A DNA stretch of 64,000 nucleotides from Octopus sinensis (lineage: Eukaryota). The notes beneath the pieces are model-generated. The model was not told where the DNA came from. It searched no databases and saw only the letters and a program-made list of their open reading frames with translations. The position numbers were made by a program, and so were the translations under genes. The stretch is taken from assembly GCF_006345805.1 (NCBI RefSeq), contig NC_043014.1:11098001-11162000 (forward strand), written 5' to 3'. Shown in pieces: positions 45,666-60,476 of this stretch; the stretch's first letter is position 1, and each line of letters starts with the position of its first letter.

Positions 45666-47340
45666 CTAAACAGTCACATTTAGAAACTGAAACATAAAAA
45701 TCCCAATTCTAGTTAAAATAAACATAAAACTATATTTTATGGGATTTTCTGTATTTATGATCTCGAGCAAATACAGATTTGCTGTATTTATGATCTCGAG
45801 AAGGTAGAGCTAAAAATGGGCTAAAAATACATAACTTTAAATGCTTCTTTATTATAAATTTTCCAACATAATAACTGCGCTATTCGTCAACATACAAAAC
45901 TATATCAAAGAACATTTTTTTTTTTTGAAGATTTTCAGGTTCATTTGTGGTTAGAAGAAAGCGGAAAATACCTGCAAGGCAATCTAGAAGTTCTCCCTGG
46001 CCATACAACCTATTGTCCTGCCAAAAGTGAAAGCATTTCTTGTTTGACTCATAATATTGTTATGTCATAGAAACCTTAAGTAAACAAAGTTTGACCTACA
46101 TTAATTTAGCCATTTTTAGAACGATATATCCATTTTCTTAGCTAGACTGCATAGTTATAAATATTAACATTTTCTAAGGAAAAGTCAGTGGGTGGGAGCG
46201 ATCGACCTCGTTACAAACGAAATGCAGGGATACAGTTGTTATTTTTTTAATGATTTTAAGAATATTTGTTTCTTGATTAGATATAAGCATTTACAAAATT
46301 ACTTCAGACGGCATCGCTTTCCCAGCCAAACCACATTTCAAATTTTCTATCAATAAATCATGCATTTCTAAGCGAGTTTCAAATGTGGTTGCTCCACAGT
46401 GAGGGGTTATGATGACATTTGGCATGGATAACAATGGGTGTCCTCGCGGCAGGGGTTCGGGTTCGGTGACATCCAAGGCAGCACTTTGAATTTCATTTGA
46501 CTGAAGAGCTTCACAAGGGCATCGGTGTCAACTACCTTCCCTGTGGCAAGAAAGGAGAAAAACAAAAGGGAAAATGGTAAAATAATCAATGGCTGTACAT
46601 GGAAAAATTATGTATGTATGTAGGTAGGTAGGTACGTAAGTATGTATGTATGTATGTATGTATGTATGTAGGTAGGTAGGTTGGTAGGTATGCGTGTGTG
46701 TTTCATGAAGTACATGACTATTGCAGATAATTGCAGTGTCTTTTCGCTACTTGTAAGGAAATTTATATAAACACTCAGATGACGTGACAATGGGTTCTCC
46801 CCTAGGACCAACGTTTGCAGCATTCTATGCATCCAAAGTAGAAAATAAAACTAAAGCTAGAACATATGATAAACACAAGATGCATAGATAATGTTTTAGA
46901 TGTAATGTATATGTTAAAGGAAGTTAAGAGACTAAAGGATGTCTCTGAACTATAACATCCAGAATAATACAAATGAGACACCGTTTTTGGACATAAATGT
47001 AGAGATCAAAACGGAAACGTTCATTAGTAACTCTATTGTTTTTGAAGTTTAAATGTTTGTAGACAGGTATAACTTAAAATGTTTGATATATGATGTTTTA
47101 TCTCACCTCGACCAATGTTTACCAAAAGTGAGGTTTTCTTCATCAACCGGAATTCTTCTGTACTAATCAAGTTAATCGTTTGTTCTGTGCACGGACAAAC
47201 AATCACAAGAACATCCGTTTCGGGTAACATATCTTGCAAATGAGGGTAAAACGTAGCTTTCACTCGGTCTTCTTCATTGCTTCTGTAAATGTAAGGAAAA
47301 TGTGTTCAAGACTTTGAACTCTAACTAGCATTAGTAAGAA

Positions 47341-47353
47341 AATAATAATAATA

Positions 47354-47391
<38 letters not shown>

Positions 47392-47638
47392 TTAATAATA
47401 TTTAATAATAATAATAATAATAACAATACTAATAATATTTAATAATATTAATAATATTTAATAATAATAATAATAATATTTAATAATAATATTTAATAAT
47501 AATAATAATAATGATAATAATAACAATAACAATAATAATAATATTTAATAATAATAATATTATAATTATAATAATAATAATAGTAATAATAATAATAATA
47601 ATATAATAATAATAAATAATAATAATAATAATAATAAT

Positions 47639-47707
<69 letters not shown>
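47341..47707. repeat. (AAT)n microsatellite filling most of GR3 intron 2
   Basis: Direct reading; homologous (AAT)n at ~35798-36040 in GR2. Confidence 0.95.
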
Positions 47708-48123
47708 CTTCCTACCTTCGTTTTCTATTGTGATAAAGAATTGTCATGCCGAATACGGTTGCTCTTAGAGCAATCTTGAAGCCAATATCTCCCATACCAA
47801 CAATTCCAAGAGTTTTGTTCTTCACATTTGTTCCAAGTAAGCTCAGACAATCAAAGTTTGGATTTTCATTTTCCATTGCCATGCTGATACCTTGAAAATA
47901 ACAAAATATTTGGCATTTTCAAATGTAATTATGAATTTATGATTGAAAAGGATAATAATTGTTATTTTCCATGCAAATTTTTAGGTGTTATTGGTACGCT
48001 CCCTACTTGGAGCCATACAGTGCTTTCTATTTTCAAGTTCCTCACTTGTTGGGGCACCATGATGTCTCCTTTCTGGGGCACCACAATATGTTGCTCGCTG
48101 GAGCACCATTATAAATATGTATA

Positions 48124-48199
<76 letters not shown>

Positions 48200-48202
48200 T
48201 AC

Positions 48203-48235
<33 letters not shown>

Positions 48236-48283
48236 ATATATATATATACATATAATATATATACATATATATATATATATAAT

Positions 48284-48313
<30 letters not shown>

Positions 48314-48315
<2 letters not shown>

Positions 48316-49257
48316 CAAATAGGAAAAAAGCAACAAGAATGGATTAAGATCTCGGTACGATCGTTTCGTACGAGGACATCTTTAATAAGCTACAAAAAAT
48401 GCAGTGAATACAGATGGCTCGTACTCGTCAGCCGAAAAAATATCAGAGAATTCCCAAACATCAAAAGGGGTAGATACAAAAGAGGTTGTAAGATTAACTG
48501 CATTGAAGAAAGTTCGATTCATGGAGATCTGATGAAAGGTTTTAAACCTATAGAATTTATGCATGTCTACATATAGCTCATATTGAATATTTGATCAAGT
48601 TGTATGAAGAAATTTTCGGATACAGTCATGTAAAATTTCTGAAAATCCGAGTAAGAGGCAAAGTGACTGCCATATCATGTAGAGGAAAGTCTGAGTAAAA
48701 ACATAGTGACTGTCATATCGTGTAGAGGAACAGATTGTTATTGAAATTTACAAGAATCGCAGATAAGTTCGATTTTTTGGAGATCCGATGAAAAAGTCTT
48801 GAACTTACAAAATTTGTGTATGTCCTTATAGTTCATAATCCAGTTTTGTGGATAGATTTAGGGTACAATCATGCGAAAATATCAGGGAGTCACATATATG
48901 GCAGTCACTTTGCCTCTTACTCGGATTTTCAGAAATTTTACATGACTGTATCCGAAAATTTCTTCATACAACTTGATCAAATATTCAATATGAGCTATAT
49001 GTAGACATGCATAAATTCTATAGGTTTAAAACCTTTCATCAGATCTCCATGAATCGAACTTTCTTCAATGCAGTTAATCTTACAACCTCTTTTGTATCTA
49101 CCCCTTTTGATGTTTGGGAATTCTCTGATATTTTTTCGGCTGACGAGTACGAGCCATCTGTATTCACTGCATTTTTTGTAGCTTATTAAAGATGTCCTCG
49201 TACGAAACGATCGTACCGAGATCTTAATCCATTCTTGTTGCTTTTTTCCTATTTGTA
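48314..49257. mobile_element. Long-TIR foldback element (362-bp arms, 220-bp spacer)
   Basis: Arms 48314-48675 and 48896-49257 are reverse complements with no mismatch seen; outermost TA is consistent with a TA TSD. Confidence 0.85.
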
Positions 49258-49370
49258 ATCACCCCACTTGTCGTATGGTTAACACCATATAGATATCCGG
49301 TGCATCCTAGTTAAGGACCATATTCATGTGAATTCTTTAAAATTCACTAGAATCTCAATTACTTAACCGA

Positions 49371-49424
<54 letters not shown>

Positions 49425-49430
49425 GTATAT

Positions 49431-49547
49431 ATTTTAATTGGGAAGGCTAGTTTATGGGATTACCCTGGGTTTTCCGTCCATAAAGGGTTTCGCTTTATGG
49501 ATGGGAAAGCCAGGGTAATCCCATATACCAGCCTTCCCCATTAAAAT
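49431..49547. repeat. ~117-bp hairpin element
   Basis: Near-perfect stem around loop GGTTTCG; a second, truncated and inverted copy at ~36867-36961. Confidence 0.7.
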
Positions 49548-52500
49548 ATACACTGCCCTACATCTTAAAGTGTGTTTCTTCTAAAGATATATGTCTTTTT
49601 ACACACACACACACACATGCACACACACACACACACACACGCATATAAATTAAAGAAGAACCACCTTTTATCAATTCAACATTGAAACAATAATGATATA
49701 ATTAAATTATACCATATAGAAAAAAATTAAATATACGATAAAATCATATACCAATAATTAAGTAAATTTCAAAATGATAAATAAAAAGTATATAATTGGT
49801 AAAAGGACTACAAGTGTTTTGTGGGTATATTTTCAAACTGATAACAGTAAAATCAATTCAATTTAAATACAGGCACTCTTCAGGTCCAAGATAAAAACAA
49901 TAAAATAATCAAATAAATATACGTATATAATCTTGTAAGAAAATATAAATAAATACAAAAATACGTAATTCTACAATAAAAATCAAACAAAATACAATAA
50001 TATATCATATCATAAAAACACGAAATATCTTAACAAATATATTCGGGTATAAATATAACTAGAATTAATAGGTATTTATAATTCTTGTAGTCATAGTTTG
50101 TAATAGCATTATGTATATAAGTTAAGATGAATTTTTTTTTAGTATATATTACTTGATTAGAATAAGATTTAACTTCGATGTTTATTAAATAAATAATTTA
50201 CTTTAATGTATATAGATTAAATTATAGTATTACAGTTTTAAATACACACACACACACACATGCTACCAAGTATATTTTAAATTCTGGTTCCCCTCTCCAC
50301 AAGTGCAACAAGAGATGCTACACACTTATTTTTTTATTACTCACTAATTTTGGATCTATCATGTTTTCGTATACTATATTTTCATATATTTTTACATGCA
50401 TGTTCTAAAATATCTTTCTTCTATTTTCATACGATAAACACTTACCCGTCAGTATTTTCCTGGTCGATATTAATATTAAAGTAATGGCAAGTTCTGCTGT
50501 ACTGTCGGAATTAATGTATCTAGTGTTTCCAACTCGTATTCCTTTTTCTTTGGCACATTTTAGATCGATATGGTCAACACCTACACCAAAACTTGAAACT
50601 ACTCTCACGCGAGGAAGAGTTGTTAAAAGTTTGTCTGTAATGTTCGCATGCATGCCTATTGAAATGATACCAATAACGTCTTCCTTTAAGCCTGGATTCT
50701 GTGCAATGTCATCCTGGAAAACTACTTGAAAAGAAGTTCTGAGGTGACTCAAAAGCTGTTCAAATAATTCGTCCTTGAAGTGTTGCACGGTTATTAGAAC
50801 CGAAGCTTTCATATCTGCCGTCATGTTCAAATGTCACATGATTCACAAACGTTTGTCGCTCTTTTCAATGAAAATCAGCGATTTGCTCAGTCACGCATTT
50901 ATTTTAATGTCTCTTACTTGATTCAGTCATTGGACTGCGGCCATGCTGGGGCACTGTCTTGACGGGTTGGAGTTATCGGACGTAACTGATGATGATTATT
51001 TTCGTAGAGTATATCCTGTTAAAAATGTGTGTAACTCAAAGGCGAAGTTTCAAAAAACAGGATTTATTTTGTTGCATTTACAATTATAAACAGACCGCGT
51101 CGAATCGATGAAAATCAACATATCATTTTAACTTTAACTGTATGCATTAGTTGACGATCTACATAGCCTTGTGAAATTGCTAATGAGGAAAAGGTGTGTG
51201 ACAGATGTGATAGGGAGGGTTATCTGTAAATGTGGTGGTCATGACATTTACAGCCTATTTAATCAAGTCTGAGTAGATGAATGTGAGTGTGGAACAAATG
51301 AGTGAGGGAGAGTAGTTTTCGTTTGACCCAGTGGCATGGTTTCTCGTTCAGCCCCAAAACCGTCTGCAACAGGCTGTCATGATCGCAAGCAGGGAACGGA
51401 CGCCTTTGGCTGGTCAGTTGGTCGTATTTATAACAGTCTGTGGTGGGTGGATCTTCAAGTTGCCACACGCATTCTTAGTAGTTTAGAGTAGGCTCGAATT
51501 AGAGATTATTCTTTGTGGCTAATGGCATGAGTCCTGATTGGAAAAAGAAGACAACAGCACCAGACACATCTCGCTTCTAAAATACCTATTTCTTTATTAC
51601 CCACAAGGGGCTAAACACAGAGGGGACAAACAAGGACAGACATAGGTATTAAGTCGATTACATCAACCCCTAGTGTGTAACTGGTACTTAATTTATCGAC
51701 CCCGAAAGGATGAAAGGCAAAGTCGACCTTGGCGGAATTTGAACTCACATCATAAAGACAGACGAAATACCGCTAAGCATTTTGCCCGGCGTGCTAACGT
51801 TATCCCGTCAAGGTAATCCTGCATATAAAATCTGCCACACATCATGGATTGAGAATGCAGACCCCTGTGTTTGAAACTAAGTGACATGTGTTGACGATTT
51901 ACCCCCGAACTGAAATAGGCTCCCAGCCCCTGTATCATGAATAGTTATGCGGACCATTCCTAACGAAAGCCAGAGCTTCTTTCAAGCTCTACAATTTTAT
52001 GTACTGGTTGAAGGAATTAAGAAAAGATATACTTTTATTTTAGTTGTTTACAAGGATCTTTACCTTTTGACTGGCAGATTTAGAAAAAAAATTTTTGTAA
52101 CTAAACACTTTCAAACTTCGGACACTGGTACAATGTGTCATATAAAACATCTTTTACTTTTAGCGTTTTTGAGAAAAGTTAACATTTACGAAGTTATTTC
52201 GTGTTAAAGTTGTCGTATTTTCGGTAATTTCAACTAATCAATGACGTGTATTCAGCTGAATAAAATTACTGCTGTTGTTTGTCAACAACAACTTTCTCGA
52301 TCAGCCGTTCAAAGGGAAAAGATCCGTTTACAATATTTTGTTTATACTCTTATACATTCAAAGTTCACAAATTTCCTTATTTAAATTATGAATCATATTC
52401 CATTCGATAATATCAATATGATTACAAAACTTCTTTGTAAAAGATATTTTCTGTTTGGTCGACACTAATTTTTAAATTACTGGAGTCCGCTGCTCTACAC

Positions 52501-52699
52501 ATAGCGATGTATAACTGGCCGTGTGTAAACATCGGAGTGGGTAAAAATGCACCTACACGAGTAGAATCTTTAGTGTTACTAAAAATCAAACTAAGACTAA
52601 CCTCTCACTGTTCTATGCGAATAATGTCTGGATGTTCTGATACAACGGGTTATTTTGATTGACAAAATACTTTTAATTTTGCTTGACCTAAAATTCACA

Positions 52700-53210
52700 C
52701 CGTAAATCCTCGAGTTTAGTCCGCCCTTGAGTATAATACACAGGGGATTTTTAGGAGGTTGTACCTCTGAAAAACCTAAACCTTGTGTATAATACGTACT
52801 CCTTCTCTAACTTGAGTGAAGAAGGTCTATACAACATCCTTGGTTTATAGAAACGTATACGGTAACGTCCTTTATTATTATTGTATATATAACATAATGC
52901 AAACATGCAGCTTTTTTGTGCATTTTGTTTGCAGAAAATAAAGAAATAACAGTAATAACGTTTAGTAAATGTTGCTTACTGCAAGTTATGGATGATTCTT
53001 TTATGACTTCATTGCTTTCATGCTTAGCTTAAGGTATTTTCGCACCCGATATCACAAAATGCGTCTGAATAAACATTGCCGGACAGCAAATAGAGACTCG
53101 GACATTGCTTAGAAATATTTTTCATTTTTAACCTCGTATATAGTACGCACTAGGGATTTTGACCTTTAAATTTTGGGGGGAAAATGCGGATTATACTCGA
53201 GGATTTACGG
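52700..53210. mobile_element. Tc1/pogo-type MITE (CCGTAAATCCTCGAG TIR)
   Basis: Inverted ends ccgtaaatcctcgagt / actcgaggatttacgg; truncated second copy at ~58383-58858. Confidence 0.72.
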
Positions 53211-54527
53211 TATTCCTAAGCAATGAGTGCAGCCTGTCACAAAGTACTAACCACTGAGACTCAGTGAGTGGTTCTTGTGTTGTTCAATTCAATGGTGTAT
53301 AGATGTTGCGTTAGAACGACCTCACTTGTCATTCCATCTACTCTGAGCTCTAAGACATTGGAAGAGCGGCAACGAATGCAGACTAACCCAATTGGAAGCA
53401 CACAAGCTACAACCTTCCTCTGTTACCTACGCTTCAAATTATGTAGTTCTATAATGGAACTGACCAACCAGCCGAGAGGTCATGAATGGAAGGTCAGAAG
53501 TACCATTGACAACGAAGAAGCACAAGATGGCAACCACCGTATATGTATGTTTATGTATGCACTTACATCACCATGAAATAATAACTTAAAAAGACAGTGA
53601 AAAATTCTTTTGAAATGGTCCATTGGGGTAATAGAATAGGGTGCTCAAACACAGGCTGAGTGCTCTGTAGTGGATAGACATTGCAATCTTAGTACACAAG
53701 ACACAACAGTTGATGGTGCTATGACCTTATGAGAAACAGTAGCATATTCTCTTCAGATGATTGTAATTATGTCAACTGGCCTCATTACTGTTCTTACGTA
53801 AAACAAGGCCATTAAAACTTCGATATCTTAATCGTAAACACAGGATAATATTGACGATGTATCAAACACTTTCCAAACGTGTTGCCTTGATCAGTAACAT
53901 TCGCAATGCTGAAAAAATTGTTGTGACACTACAATCCATACAAGATAGCAGAATAACCCCAGAAGAAAGCTTATGAAAAGTATGCGCACATTTTTTGTTT
54001 TATTAAAATACATTTAGCGTTTGCAGGTCAGAAATTAACTATGAGGAAAATACTTAAACATTAAAGAAAAGTGATCTTCTTAAAAGTAAAAAAGAATTGT
54101 TTTCCTTTTATTTTTAATAATCAAATAATAAAATAGAGAATAAGACGTTTTTTTTTAATTAATCTACGCAATTTTTTAAATTAATTTTTTTAATTAATCT
54201 TCGCAATTGCCATATCTTTCTCTATTCAAAGTCTGGTTTGGCACCAGTGACATTGCAACTCATTTCTATTGCCCTATTTTTTCCCTATTTGTCTCTGATG
54301 ATGGAATATCTCATACTCAGCGATATCCCCAAAACAGCTGCAAGACTTTGAATAGTAAGGTAAGTAGGTGCCAAAATGAAACAAGTTTCTTCGTCATTCA
54401 TTTCCGGGTATCTTTCTTGGAGAATACTATTCACGATTCATTAACTTAATTATAAATGACCCCAAAATAATCAAAAATAATTCTCTGCAGTTTCAGGAAT
54501 ATATTGTTTCTTGGTTAGATATCATCA

Positions 54528-55945
54528 TTACAAAATTACTTCAGACGGCATCGCTTTCCCTGCCAAAGCACAATTTAAATTTTCTATCACTAAACCAATC
54601 ATTTCTAAGCGAGTTTCGAAAGTGTATGTTCCACAGTGAGGGGTTATGACAACATTTGGCATGGATAACAATGGGTGTCCTCGTGGTAGCGGTTCAGGTT
54701 CGGTGACATCCATGGCAGCACTTTGAATTTCATTTGACTGAAGAGCTTTCACAAGGGCGTCGGTGTCAACTATCTTCCCTGTGGCAAGAAAGGAGAAAAA
54801 CATAATGAAAAATTGTCAATAAACTGATGGCTTTCTATAGAAAAGATAGCCATTTCTATTTTAGAGATTTACTGTTGATTTGGAATAATAAATCTTCTGA
54901 ATTCATATACGACGTTTCTAGAATTTCACACTCTCAAGAATTTATTATATTTTGCATTTGTTTTGACTATTAGCATCTTGCATCTACAGACTATTTGATA
55001 CAAACAAATAAAGTGTCTTTTCGCTGTTCACATGAAAATTTATACAACGTTCAGACTTTGAAATGGAGTGGCCATGGGTTCTCCTCAAGGACCAATGTTT
55101 GCAGCATTCTGTTTGTTCACAATAGAAAACAGAATAAAACAAAAGTAGGAATAGATAATATGCACCAGATATGTAGGTAATACGCAAGTTGTGGCGTATA
55201 CACTTAAGGAGGTTGAGACACAAGACAACTTACAAAAGAGCTCTATACATAAATTTAACAAATAACACCTCGTTTTTAGACATAAATGTATAGATCGAAA
55301 ACAGAAATATCAATTTACCAACCCTGTAATTTTTAAAGTTTAAATGTTTAAAGATAGCTAAGTCTTGAAATGTTTCACAAGAGATGTATTATCTTACCTC
55401 GAGCGATGTTTACCAAAAGTGAAGTTTTCTTCATCAACCGGAATTCTTCTGTACTAATCAAGTTAATCGTTTGTTCTGTGCAAGGACAAGCAATAACAAG
55501 AACATCTGTTTCGGGTAACATATCATGCAAACGAGGGTAATACGTAGCTTTGACCCGTTCTTCGTCTTCCTTGCTTCTATAAATTTAGAAGAAATGTGTT
55601 CAATATTTTGCCGTCTAAACAGCTTCAGTAAGAACATAATAAATAATAATAATTCTTTCTACTAGAGGCACAGACCCCAATGTTTTACTGGTACTTAATT
55701 TATTGATCCCGAAATAATGAACTCAAAATATAGCGGCGGAAGGCCTTGAAAATTTTGGGAGAAAAGGGCTAGTCGATTATATCGATTGCAGTGCGTAACT
55801 GGTACTTATTTCATTAACCCGGAAAGGATGAAAGGCAAAGTTGACCCCAACGGAATTTGAACTCAGAATGTAACGGCGGATGAAATACTGCTAAGCATTA
55901 AGCCCCGCATGCTAACAATTCTGCCAGCTCATCGTCTCAATAATA

Positions 55946-55982
<37 letters not shown>

Positions 55983-55984
55983 TG

Positions 55985-56036
<52 letters not shown>

Positions 56037-57051
56037 TAATAATAATAATAATGATAAAAATAAATGCCCTGATGCAGTACCAGACAGTGGCTCTCATGGC
56101 TTCTGATCTTAAATGATTGAAAGTTTTATCATGTACATTGTTTTGTCTTGGTATAAAAGATGGGTTACAGCAAATATTCTGCTCAATACCACAGATTTGC
56201 TTGTCAGTTGTTTGACCTTAACCAGTTGACCAAGTCCCTTAGTGGCTGACGATATGTGCATCTCTGGTCACGAGCAGAAGTAGAGAGGGGGCATCATAGC
56301 CGTGTGTTGAAAGGAATTCTTGGAGGTTTGGATAATTCACCTTTGGAAACATGGGTGTTTCGTTCAATATCCTTAAACAACCCTTATTCAGGGACCTTTT
56401 GAGTGGGATGGGTTACTCGACCAAAAAAAAAATTCTAACTGGGCTCCACCTGAAACGTCATGTGCTGTTTATCTTGATATGAGATAACCATGTCGCACAC
56501 ACATATGGTTGTGATGCATGTAACAAGTAACAGATATAAGATAGATATACTGCATAAATACAAAGTATTTTAGATGGACCCTACAACCACAGTTGCAACC
56601 CTTATTGCAGTTGTCAGCTGTTAATAGTGAGAGATAATGTTTCACAATTACTTATTTGCCATACCTTTGTGTTCTGTTATGATACAGGATTTTCATTCCA
56701 AACGCCGTTGCTCTTAGAGCGATTTTAAGCCCAATATCTCCCATACCAACAATTCCAAGATTTTTCTTCGTCACACTTATGCCAAGTAAGCTCGGACTAA
56801 CGAAGTTTGGATGTTCCTTTCCCATTGCCATGCGGACACCTTTGAAATAAAAAAAAATTAATCATTTCACATTTTCAAATGTAATTATGAATTTATGATC
56901 AGTGATATGTTTTCGAAAATAAAGTGCAATGCATATTTACTGCTACTAAACAGTATAACTTCCTTGTTTCTGTGCCAATTTTGTTGGCATTGCATTTAAA
57001 TGAAAGATAGGAAGAAGACTGATATATATATATATATATGTACATACATAC

Positions 57052-57083
<32 letters not shown>

Positions 57084-60000
57084 GTATATATGTATACATA
57101 TATATGTGTGTATACACACACACACACACTTATATAAATAATGTTCGTCCTTCGGTTCGAAGATGACCAACTGACATCATCTGATGGAACTGCCGCCATG
57201 AGACCGGAGGTGGCTGGTGAGGCCAATCCGGGCAAGGAAGCCCCTCCCACAGGTGGGGCAGAAGTGGGTAGGGGCAGTGCTACTGGTGCAGGCGGCTCTG
57301 ACTTTACGCATCTGACGTTTCTGCTCCGCTGACCGAATCCGTCCCTCCTCGGCTGTCCCTGCTCCCACGGTGATTGCGCTGCGCCAGGATGAGCGGTTGG
57401 CAGCAAGTGTCTCCCAGGTCTCTGTTCCGATGGAGAAGTCTTTGAGAGAGACCATAATATATTACTCTTTTACTTGTTTCAGTCATTTGAATATGGCTAT
57501 GCTGGAGCACCGCCTTTAGTCGAGCAAATCGATCCTAGAACTAATTCGTTGTAAGTCTAGTAATTATCCTATCAGTCTCTTTTGTTACGGGGATGTCACA
57601 AAATATATGCGTACACCGGGACCACACTTCTTAAATAGTACCCAAATTACGTGGGAATCTTTGGTTTAACGTATATATCTCCGCGGGATTATACTTCGGA
57701 CGAAGTTTTACTAAACATCAACTTCAGCTCTTGCACATAGTCGAGCTTTTTTATATGAATGCCTACAACAAGAGTTAGGCCTAACACAGGGGTTGCCAAA
57801 GGGGGTCCAACGGACCGCCCAGGGGTCGGCGAGGAATTACAGGGGTTCGATGATAGCCAAGGAGTCGAATGGGGGTCGGCGTGCGAAAGACCAGCTTACC
57901 CAGATGAACTGCTTGAAATACTTTGTCAGCACCATGCTCATATTTCACATTGGGTACTACTAGCGAACAGTGGTCCCGGTGCGCGAACGCACGTAGTCGA
58001 ACATCCGCGCTCGCTAGTCATGACTAGTCGATCCTTACTTTGTGTTTTTGTGTGTTATTTACTTTGTTTAAAAAATTATTTACTTTGTGTTTTTGTGTTT
58101 TATTTACTTTGTTTAACAAAAATTATTTACTTAGTGTAAAAAATCATTTATTTTGTGTTTTATTTTCTTTGCTAGCTAGTCGTTGTAGGATCGACTAGTC
58201 ACGACTAGCTAGCGCGGATGCGCGACTGCGCGTGTGCGTGCACCGGGACCACTGTTCGTTAGTAGTACCTTCACATTGATGTTGTCAATTACAATAAAAG
58301 ATACTCCAGCAAAAAGATACGTTTTTCACATTTTCTAACTGTGAAAACAATGTCATAAAAATCGAAAGTTTAATACTGTATACCGTAAATCCTCGAGTAT
58401 AGTCCGCCCTGGAGTATAATACGCAGGGGATTTTTAGGGGGCTGTACCTCTGAAAAACCGAAACCGTGTGTATAATACGCACCCCTTCTCTAACTTGAGT
58501 CAAGGAGGTCTATATAACGTCCTTGGTTTGTAAAAATTTATACAGTAACGTCCTTTATTATTATTGTATATATAACATAATGCAAATGTGTAGCTTTTTT
58601 GTGCATTTTGTTTGCAGAAAATAAAGAAATAAGACTAATAACGTTTAATAAATGTGCTAACTGCAAGTTATGGATGATTCTTTTATGACTTCATTGCTTT
58701 CAGGCTTAGCTTAAGGTATTTTCGTGCCCGACATCACAAAATGCGTCTGAATAAACATTGCCGGACAGCAAATAGCGACTCGGACATTGCTTAGAAAATA
58801 ATTTTCATTTTTAATCTCGTATATAGTACGCACTAGGGATTTTGACCTTTAAATTTTGGGTATTAGTTTTAAATGTAAAAAGTGTGTCATCTTCAATAGA
58901 ATTTCTTAATTTGTCGTACATGTATATTTTAGCTAACATTTTAATTACCAGTATTATAATGCAAACATGCAGCTTTTTTGTGCATTTTATTTACAGAAAA
59001 TATAGAAATAACAGTAATAACGTTTAATAACTTTAATGCTTGTTTAATGCTTGCGTACCCGGTACGCATTTTTCATGGTAGGGTATTCAGATGTTTTAAA
59101 TGCAGAGGGTGGTCGATGCGGAAGAACTCGCTAAAGGGGGACGATGGCCATAAAAGTTTGGCGACCCCTGACCTAACACATCGTAAAACAAATACCACCA
59201 TGAGTGATATACAAACAACCATTGAAAAAGCAAGCCACTGGATCTGGTTAAAAAGAGACAATGAGCGCAATGGCTAGAAGAATATTGAGCTAGATCTGAT
59301 GATCAGTTAATCTAGCAGGCAAGGCCTCATTTCAGTGAAGCGGGTTGCTGGTCCGCAATGATGCCGTCGAGAAGTATCCACCGAAACGGTACGCATCCAC
59401 TCCAGATGACCCCATAAACTTGCTGGCATCCAATATGCAGAGCTTTCAAGTGGTAGCTCTTGCATCTGCACGTTTGTTTGCGAAACATTACACGACAATA
59501 TGAAACTTGCTCTATGCTAAAAACCTAACGACGATAGCATAGTGGCTTTACATCAAATTCTTATTTCTCATAGATAAATTAAATAAATAAATAGATAAAA
59601 GGAGGCTTTTAATCGCGGAGCGAATAGTTGTTAGTTGTCGGAGCACTGCATCCTTCAAGACTTCCATGCTTCCTGAGATTCGCCAACACTACACCTGATT
59701 TTCTTCCCTCCATACACACACAAGCATGTATCTGACTCATACACCGTTCACTACCCAGACATTTGTACATTACTGCATATACCCTATACGCACTTTCTGA
59801 CAAGTTGTGGTGCATCTGAGCACTGTATACAATAATTTCATTATTATTATTATTGGATCTTTTCGGTTTGAACGGCAGTTTTTTCTAGCACTGTCATATG
59901 AAATTGTCACCCATAATTATGACCCTAGAATTGATCAATTGCATTTCAATCTCTTTTAGGGTTAAGGTTAGGGTTAGGGGTGGGGGAAGGGTAACTTTTT

Positions 60001-60337
60001 TTCTTCACAAATGTAAATAAACCCAATCTGTTTCTTAAACGAGGGACATATTCATACGGCACAGAATGCTGTTTAACTCAATAGACGTCACTGATTGGTT
60101 GAAATTACCGAAATACAAGAAATTAAAGACCAAATAGCTTACAAACTACAGAATTTTCTCAATAAAGCCAAGAGAAAAAAATGTTTTATAAACAGATTCT
60201 ACCAGTATACGAAGTTTAAAATTTTTTAGTTACCTAGAAATTATGTTAAAAACTGCCGTTCAAACCGAAAAGATCCTTTATTTGATTTTGTTAGCCGTTG
60301 TGGCCAATAAACGAATTAATTATTATTATTATTATTA

Positions 60338-60378
<41 letters not shown>

Positions 60379-60420
60379 GTTATTATTATTATTATTATAG
60401 TTATTATTATTATTATTATA

Positions 60421-60476
<56 letters not shown>

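Larger units (their letters stand above)
46291..50824 (-). pseudogene. GR3: 2-hydroxyacid dehydrogenase paralog with a 1-nt deletion in exon 4 (pseudogene, null allele or assembly error)
   Basis: Exons 50824-50446, 47890-47716, 47282-47107, 46540-46291. Exon 4 is 250 nt vs 251 in paralogs: gagcttcac (~46507-46515) vs gagctttcac. The shift gives a stop at 46407-46409 and removes the catalytic Glu and His. Exon 1 also has an in-frame 15-nt deletion vs GR2. Confidence 0.82.

Noticed and set aside
45749-45800. 19-bp direct repeat ctgtatttatgatctcgag around a small palindrome
   Set aside because: Most simply a local slippage duplication near the Tc1 end; no further support.
48382-49189. Identical 60-aa ORFs on opposite strands
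   Set aside because: A consequence of the 362-bp inverted repeat, not duplicated genes.
53268-53576. 102-aa ORF, possibly decayed LINE sequence
   Set aside because: Motif similarity too weak to call.
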